55,220 bases of DNA from Fistulifera solaris (Eukaryota). Position 1 is the stretch's first letter. Each line of letters opens with the position of its first letter. The translations under genes were made by a program, and so were the position numbers. Shown piece after piece: positions 49,920 to 55,220 of this stretch. Under the pieces are notes generated by a model. The model worked only from the letters and a program-made list of their open reading frames with translations, had not been told where the DNA came from and did no database searches. The stretch is from NCBI GenBank assembly GCA_030295235.1, contig AP026124.1, forward strand, positions 2,418,001 to 2,473,220, written 5' to 3'.

Positions 49920-50098
49920 TTAGAGTTAGGGTTAGCTCTGGACGTTAGGGTTACGGTTACGGTTAGGGTTAAGAATTTGGAAATTGGGATATGGAACTTG
50001 GAACTTGGAAAAAGGAACTTAGAACTTAGAACTTAGGGTTAGGAATTTGGAAATTGGGATATGGAACTTGGAACTTGGAAAAAGGAACTTAGAACTAG
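49920..50098 (+). repeat. Degenerate interstitial telomere tract plus ~70-bp duplicated unit built from (G/A)GAACTT heptamers
   Basis: TTAGAG TTAGGG TTAG...TTAGGG TTACGG TTACGG TTAGGG (49920-49970), then A(A/G)GAATTTGGAAATTGGGATATGGAACTTGGAACTTGGAAAAAGGAACTTAGAACT x2 separated by TTAGGGTT. Confidence 0.85.
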
Positions 50099-50213
50099 GT
50101 AAATAGGAAGTAGGAACCAGTAACAAGGGAGTAAGGAAGATGGAATAGAAGGAAATGTTGGAAATAAGGGAAAGAAGAAGATTTCATTGGAAATGCAAAT
50201 CAAACTATCAAAA

Positions 50214-50875
50214 TTATTTTGTGCAACAAAGACAACTGCAGTTCTGAGTGGGTGCATTTGGATCCATTTCACAGACTTTGATCAATGTTGTACCAATGTG
50301 AATGGTGTCCTCTTTGTAGAATTGCTGGGTATGATCATAGAGCTTTGTTGTAGTGAGGTGGACAACTGAAGGCGTCATTATGGAAGGCGATTCCTTGCAG
50401 TGCATCCAAAACAAGCTTGATGCAATTGTCAGCGTCGGGGGCATCGTGACAAACTTGGGTGCATTGCTTTTCAATGGACAGGGTTCTCCTGCGTGCCTCA
50501 CCAGGAAATGGTGCTTTGGACGTGGAAAGTAGAACTTGATGGTAATGGTGCAAGGGTTGCCATTGCAGCGAAAGATTCCAGCAGGGGCTTGCTTCAATGC
50601 CTGTTGAAATGCATCACAAAAGGAGTTCTGATTTGTTTTGCTGGGACTGAACATTTTCACCTTTCCATGTGCTTTGTTTGTTGTTGCAAAATTCACGGTA
50701 CTGGGGCCGTGGCTTCCCAGCAATCTGGCAAGTGAAAGAAGCGAAGGTGATCGTTGAACTCAAACTTTGTTGCTGAATTTGGAGGAAAGTAGTACTTTCG
50801 CCTGGTGCGGTTCCTGGATGCTTGGTGCTCTGTTTCCCATGCAAGCCCGGTGCTTACGTCACCTTCCTTTGACAT
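50214..50875 (-). CDS. rusA: RusA-family Holliday junction resolvase (frameshifted)
   Basis: Across frames: FTCQIAGKPRPQYR...KVKMFSPSK...ITIKFYFPRPKHHF...PDADNCIKLVLDALQGIAFHNDA.VVHLTTTKLY, matching the RusA signature D-x-D-N-x-x-K-x-x-x-D-A-L...D-x-x-V. Confidence 0.82.
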
Positions 50876-51009
50876 AGTTGGTTGTTGCTAGACAAATAGT
50901 AAGAGAAAGAGTAAGATAAAATGCATTGAATAGTTATGTAAAAACCGATTACCTAGAGAAATGCAATGTTGGATGTAATATGAAGGAAATGCAAGAAGGA
51001 GAGAACGAA

Positions 51010-51878
51010 TCACGGCTGCTCAGAGGCGTTGTTGTTGGGCAAGACCATCAATTCATTGTTGTCATTCTTGATGGCAATGATCTGTAAGTCATCCTTGTAA
51101 GCCTTTGGAGAAACCAATCAGGGCAAGATAGGACCTGGGCTGCATGTTAATTGTTGTCAACTGGGCGCCATTGAGGCCAAAGTTTTCTGTTTTCTGCACA
51201 AGGAGGTTCTTTGCAGCAAAAACAGGGAAGAGCCTACATTCGGGCAGCCGCAACAAGGGGACTCTGCATGTTGCGAATAAAGACAGTGACATACTCTTGC
51301 TTCAAACTCAAGTAGAACACCTGGCCGTTAGGAAAGACAGGCCCATTTTCCGCCATCCAAGTCATTGCCAGCTTATGTTCCTGCATATCCGCCTCAGGAA
51401 TTGACCACTCAGGAACAAATGCACCAATTTCAATGCTGGAAAAGTTCCCTCCGCAGCACGCTTGATACTGGCGTGGTCCTCCCAGAAAGATGGATTGCTG
51501 ATTTTCTGACCATTCTCGTTGTAGTAAAACTTCGGTCCCATTCGCGACAGTTCAAGGTGGAAATCTTTTGTCGGTTGCCATGAGTGGAGCGAACAGCATA
51601 TTGGCCTTGTAGTTTGTGGCAAAGCTTCTGGAGTTGGGACGGGTCTCATCACGAGGAGCAATGTTTCCAGCATCACGGTGATGGATTCCAATATTTGAAA
51701 GTGCCGTCAAGAAGCAGGATGCAACAACAGCAGAGAAAAGGTCATTGATGGTAGTGCAAACCGATGCAACATCCATCCCAATACCAGCAAGTTCATTGAG
51801 AGCACCATTTGCATAAGCATTGGAGATCTGTTGGTTATCGGGAACATCCCACCGTTGGCGACTCTGCAGCATGGGCAT
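51010..51878 (-). pseudogene. Unknown ~280-aa ORF upstream of and co-oriented with RusA, interrupted by one TGA and frameshifts
   Basis: MPMLQSRQRWDVPDNQQ...DKRFPP*TVANGTEVLLQREW...WMAENGPVFPNGQVFYLSLKQEYVTVFIRN...; reading resumes in frame after the stop. No family recognised. Confidence 0.45.
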
Positions 51879-52483
51879 TAGCCGGCTCCAAAGTGATGTT
51901 TTGAATGCGTGTCAGCACGGATTAAGGATCGGGCCTACGTTGCCGTTGGCATTTGGCCCATAGTGGCTTATGCCGCGCACAATGCAAGGGGAAGGGTTAG
52001 ATCACGAACAACATTCACATGACGATGAGCCTGGGGTGGATTCTCTTCCCCAGCTGCCTCTGGCACCGAAACAGAGAGCTCCAACAGTACCTGTAGGAGC
52101 AACCACGTGATTAGCAGCAGAAATGCCGCCGGTGAAGCAATCTGTTTTCACGGGGAGGGGAAAGCGAGCACAGAACTGGGGTCTTCCTGCTCCATGAGTC
52201 TCTGACAAGCACCACAGAAACATGTCGGATCATTTCGACATGGACAGTGATGAAAGGATAAGTTACCTCAAAGGGAAGGGCGCGGAGCAGAGGACGCCGC
52301 GTGGTGAGGCGGAAGCTGCTCGCTGCTTCTTGTATGGATTGCGAAAGGGTAGCATGGTGGGAAGTTTCAAACAAATGGATGTTCCTTACCTGAATGGATG
52401 GCCGAATGCAGCGATTCTGTTTTTTCTTTTGTGGTACCAATGGATGCACAGCACAGTGCAACACTTCTTGGGGGGCAACAAAT

Positions 52484-52834
52484 GAATAACCAGTTAAGAA
52501 AATTGCTTGGGCATAATCACAAAGAACAAAAATTCTCTATTTGTGAACCAGGTTTTTATGTTAACTGGTAAGTCTGAAATGGATATTATACCAGCCAAGC
52601 AGGAAGTTCAATGTTCCAGTGTTCCTTTGCTTCCCTTTATTTGGCCAACGAATCACCAGTAAAGAAAATTGCTTGGAAGGCAATCAAAAGAACAGAAGAT
52701 TTACTATTTGTCCACCGGGTTTTTATTTCTTAAATGGTAAGTCTGAAGCGGATATAATACCAGCCAAGCAGGCATTGCAATGTTGCAGTGTTTTGTTGGT
52801 TCTCCTTTTTTTGACAAGCGAATTACCAGTGAAA
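52484..52834 (+). repeat. Diverged ~167-bp tandem repeat (2 copies + start of a third)
   Basis: GAAT(A/C/T)ACCAGT starts at 52484, 52650 and 52820; copies share AAGAAAATTGCTTGG, TGGTAAGTCTGAA and ATACCAGCCAAGCAGG. Confidence 0.85.
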
Positions 52835-52869
52835 TTTAATGTCCCGGTGTCCTCTAGCTTCTGTTCTTC

Positions 52870-52897
52870 GGGTTAGGGTTAGGGTTAGGGTTAGGGT
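52870..52897 (+). repeat. Interstitial telomere tract (TTAGGG)4
   Basis: GGG TTAGGG TTAGGG TTAGGG TTAGGG T, directly abutting the 3' end of the retroelement. Confidence 0.95.
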
Positions 52898-54774
52898 GGA
52901 AAAAAGCAGCTATAGGAAGAAATTAAGCTAGAACTACGAAAACCAGCCTGTTGAGACATGTGGGGTGATGGGGAAGATGCAATGAGAATGATGCAGCCAG
53001 AAATGCAAGTGGCAGGTTGCACAAGAGAAGAATGGACTCCAGATGGGAGAGCAGCAGCTCTAATAGAGCAAAAGACCTGAGCCATCCCAGGTGGGTCTGC
53101 TCGCGGAGGGGCTCCATCCCTCGGTCGCGCAGCAACATGCTGACAGACCCGGACCAGTGAGATACTCAGAGGCGATCGTACAAATCCACACCGCGGTGAA
53201 ATGCGATCGCCCCCACTTTTGGACGAAGGCCGAGCCAGGCGTGTGAGACGGCCGTGGCTTGCTTTCGCCCATCAACCATCCACAGAAAAGAGCGAGGGGA
53301 GTAAAGTCTGCGTCGGCGTGCCCTACAGGAGCTCTTCATAGAGGTCCCGCTTCTCACGCTCCTGCTTGGCAAGGACTTTAAAGGGGTCCTGGCCTGAATG
53401 GGATGGGGGGCGTCAGTGTCCGTGACTTTCGGACGTCGAAGATGGTGGTCTTACCCGGGTCCAGAACCCATGGGTAGAGATGTCTCCACGCAACTCCGAA
53501 GCTTCTGCGTCTAAGCCAACAACCGGTGTGTCGCGATAGGTGTTGATTTTGGGTTCATCGCCCGAACCGCACGGGGCTGAAGAGCCTGTGCACAGAGGAC
53601 ATGACTTCCATTTTCAGGTCATCATGTAGCATCGTTACCAGGCCACCCCTTCTTGCACGTTTGGGAGTGCCCGAGAGTGAAGGGTTGCCACACCATCACA
53701 GGTGACTGGTAAACGCGGTCACTGGGAGACCGATGGGATCTGGGGCGGCTGTCGCGGAACTCATCGCGGGAAAGGTCCGTGCCGTTCAGGGTCTGGGGAA
53801 GGACAGAAAGCCAGAGACCTGTGTGTCTGGCTTTAAGGAGAGCAGCGAGTTTCAGCGGGCCCTCCTACTGACAGATCTGCTGGAGCTGGGCAGCATCTGC
53901 AGCCTATCTCTCCCCCCTGCAGTCGCGAGGCACGCTCCCTCGCATCGCGACTGGTGTGCCGCCAACATTCAAGGGAGCGCTTCGAGAGAAGACTGTCACG
54001 AGCGGATTCCGTGATGGAGAGAGAGCTATGGCGTGATTGTGGGCAGCCGTGGAGGTGGGGTTGAGGATCCCAAGGCCTGCAGACTTAACGCTCAGCTTCG
54101 TCAGGAGAGCGCAGTGCATCTCCTAGCGCTTCATTCTCGCCAAGGAGGGCAGGAATGAACTTCTCCCGGATTTCACGCTCCAATGGGGCGAAGGCTTCAC
54201 CGCGGTCGGGAAGCACTCTCTGCAAGTAAAACCACTCAGCCTGGAGTGACTTGCAGAGGCCAGCATATACAGTCTGTGGATACTGCATTGCGGCTTTCGC
54301 CAAACCGCGGACCCCGAAGCACCACGCATCGATCTGTGGCTTAAGCCACTCCAGCTTGATCAATGGGGCTTCCAATGAATCCTCCAGGTAGCGAGCTCCT
54401 GTGGCATACTGAAAGTGAAATGCATAAAGTTGTCGCTGGGCCTGAGCCTGGTGTGCTTCGCGGCAGACCAGGATGCTCTTCCGGTTAGGAAGTAACCACG
54501 GTGGGGGCCAAAGCGCTGCAACAAAAGTGTTGCATTAAAGCAATGCCACGGACACGTTCCATATAACCATATCGTCGAGGCGTACCAGGGCTGAACAACA
54601 TCCTTGGTAGCGGCGCGAATTTGCTGGCGAGTGGTGTAAGAGTGAGACCATACAGGACCATGCTGAGAGGGTCACCTTGGGTGACGCCTTCCGACTCAGT
54701 ATGGTGCAGCGCAGGGCATACGATCGTTGGCGGACAATCAGCACACGCCCGCATGGCATAGCATTGAAAGGCAA
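52898..54774 (-). mobile_element. 5'-truncated non-LTR retrotransposon, CRE/SLACS/MoTeR-like (RT + zinc finger + restriction-like endonuclease), inserted in telomeric repeats
   Basis: Across many frameshifts: EGVTQGDPLSMVLY, PWYA(.)DD, GPHRGYF...KSILV, RYLGGFIG, YPQTVYAGLCKSLQAEWFYLQRV, LSVKSAGLGILNP, TCDG...HSQTCKKGGLV..LHD, LRGDISTHGFW..GKTTIFDVR.TDTDAP, EREKRDLYE, FSVDG. Confidence 0.88.
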
Positions 54775-55220
54775 GGTTAGGGTTAGGGTTAGGGTTAGGG
54801 TTAGGGTTAGGGTAGGGTTAGGGTTAGGGTTAGGGTTAGGGTTAGGGTTAGGGTTAGGGTTAGGGTTAGGGTTAGGGTTAGGGTTAGGGTTAGGGTTAGG
54901 GTTAGGGTTAGGGTTAGGGTTAGGGTTAGGGTTGGGGTTGAGGGTTGGGGTTAGGGTTAGGGTTAGGGTTAGGGTTAGGGTTAGGGTTGGGGTTAGGGTT
55001 AGGGTTAGGGTTAGGGTTAGGGTTAGGGTTAGGGTTAGGGTTGGGGTTGGGGTTAGGGTTAGGGTTAGGGTTAGGGTTAGGGTTAGGGTTAGGGTTAGGG
55101 TTAGGGTTAGGGTTAGGGTTAGGGTTAGGGTTAGGGTTAGGGTTAGGGTTGGGGTTGGGGTTAGGGTTAGGGTTAGGGTTAGGGTTAGGGTTAGGAGTTA
55201 GGGTTAGGGTTAGAGGTTAG
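54775..55220 (+). repeat. Terminal telomere (TTAGGG)n with scattered TTGGGG/TGAGGG variants
   Basis: ~74 hexamers running to the end of the window, G-rich strand pointing to the end. Confidence 0.98.

Noticed and set aside
46156..52834. 39-bp, 70-bp and 167-bp repeats as CRISPR-like arrays
   Set aside because: Only two adjacent copies each, no unique spacers, no cas genes, eukaryotic context.
54677..55220. ORFs of VRVR/GLGL repeats
   Set aside because: Translation artefacts of (TTAGGG)n.
1..55220. tRNA, rRNA or snRNA genes
   Set aside because: None recognised by eye; tRNAscan-SE/Infernal would be needed to exclude them.

Overview
The window is the last 55 kb of a eukaryotic chromosome arm, ending in a (TTAGGG)n telomere (54775-55220). 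The organism is probably a diatom (inference): short spliceosomal introns, a nuclear plastid sigma factor and Alb3 with signal-peptide+'AF' leaders, a class C GPCR and DUF285 repeat genes. The proximal part carries housekeeping genes (BRR2, HMG-box, CD2BP2, MED7, Era, ELP5, sigma-70, LYRM, ALB3, DPB4/POLE3-like). It also holds a complete 5.86-kb Mutator-like transposon with 130-bp TIRs, a 9-bp TSD and a Ulp1-type protease domain. Towards the end, secreted/surface-protein genes and pseudogenes accumulate (six DUF285 copies, YWTD propeller, fasciclin, a small Cys-rich protein, a split pyruvate carboxylase relic). The most notable structure is the terminal 5.3 kb, built of modules separated by telomeric repeats. 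In order these are: a degenerate telomere tract; a 2.9-kb cassette encoding a RusA-family Holliday junction resolvase plus two unknown ORFs; (TTAGGG)4; a 5'-truncated CRE/MoTeR-like RLE non-LTR retrotransposon; the terminal telomere. Many conserved genes carry 1-bp frameshifts, often at homopolymers, so the assembly is probably unpolished and frameshift-only pseudogene calls are provisional. All assignments come from reading motifs by eye; no searches were run.
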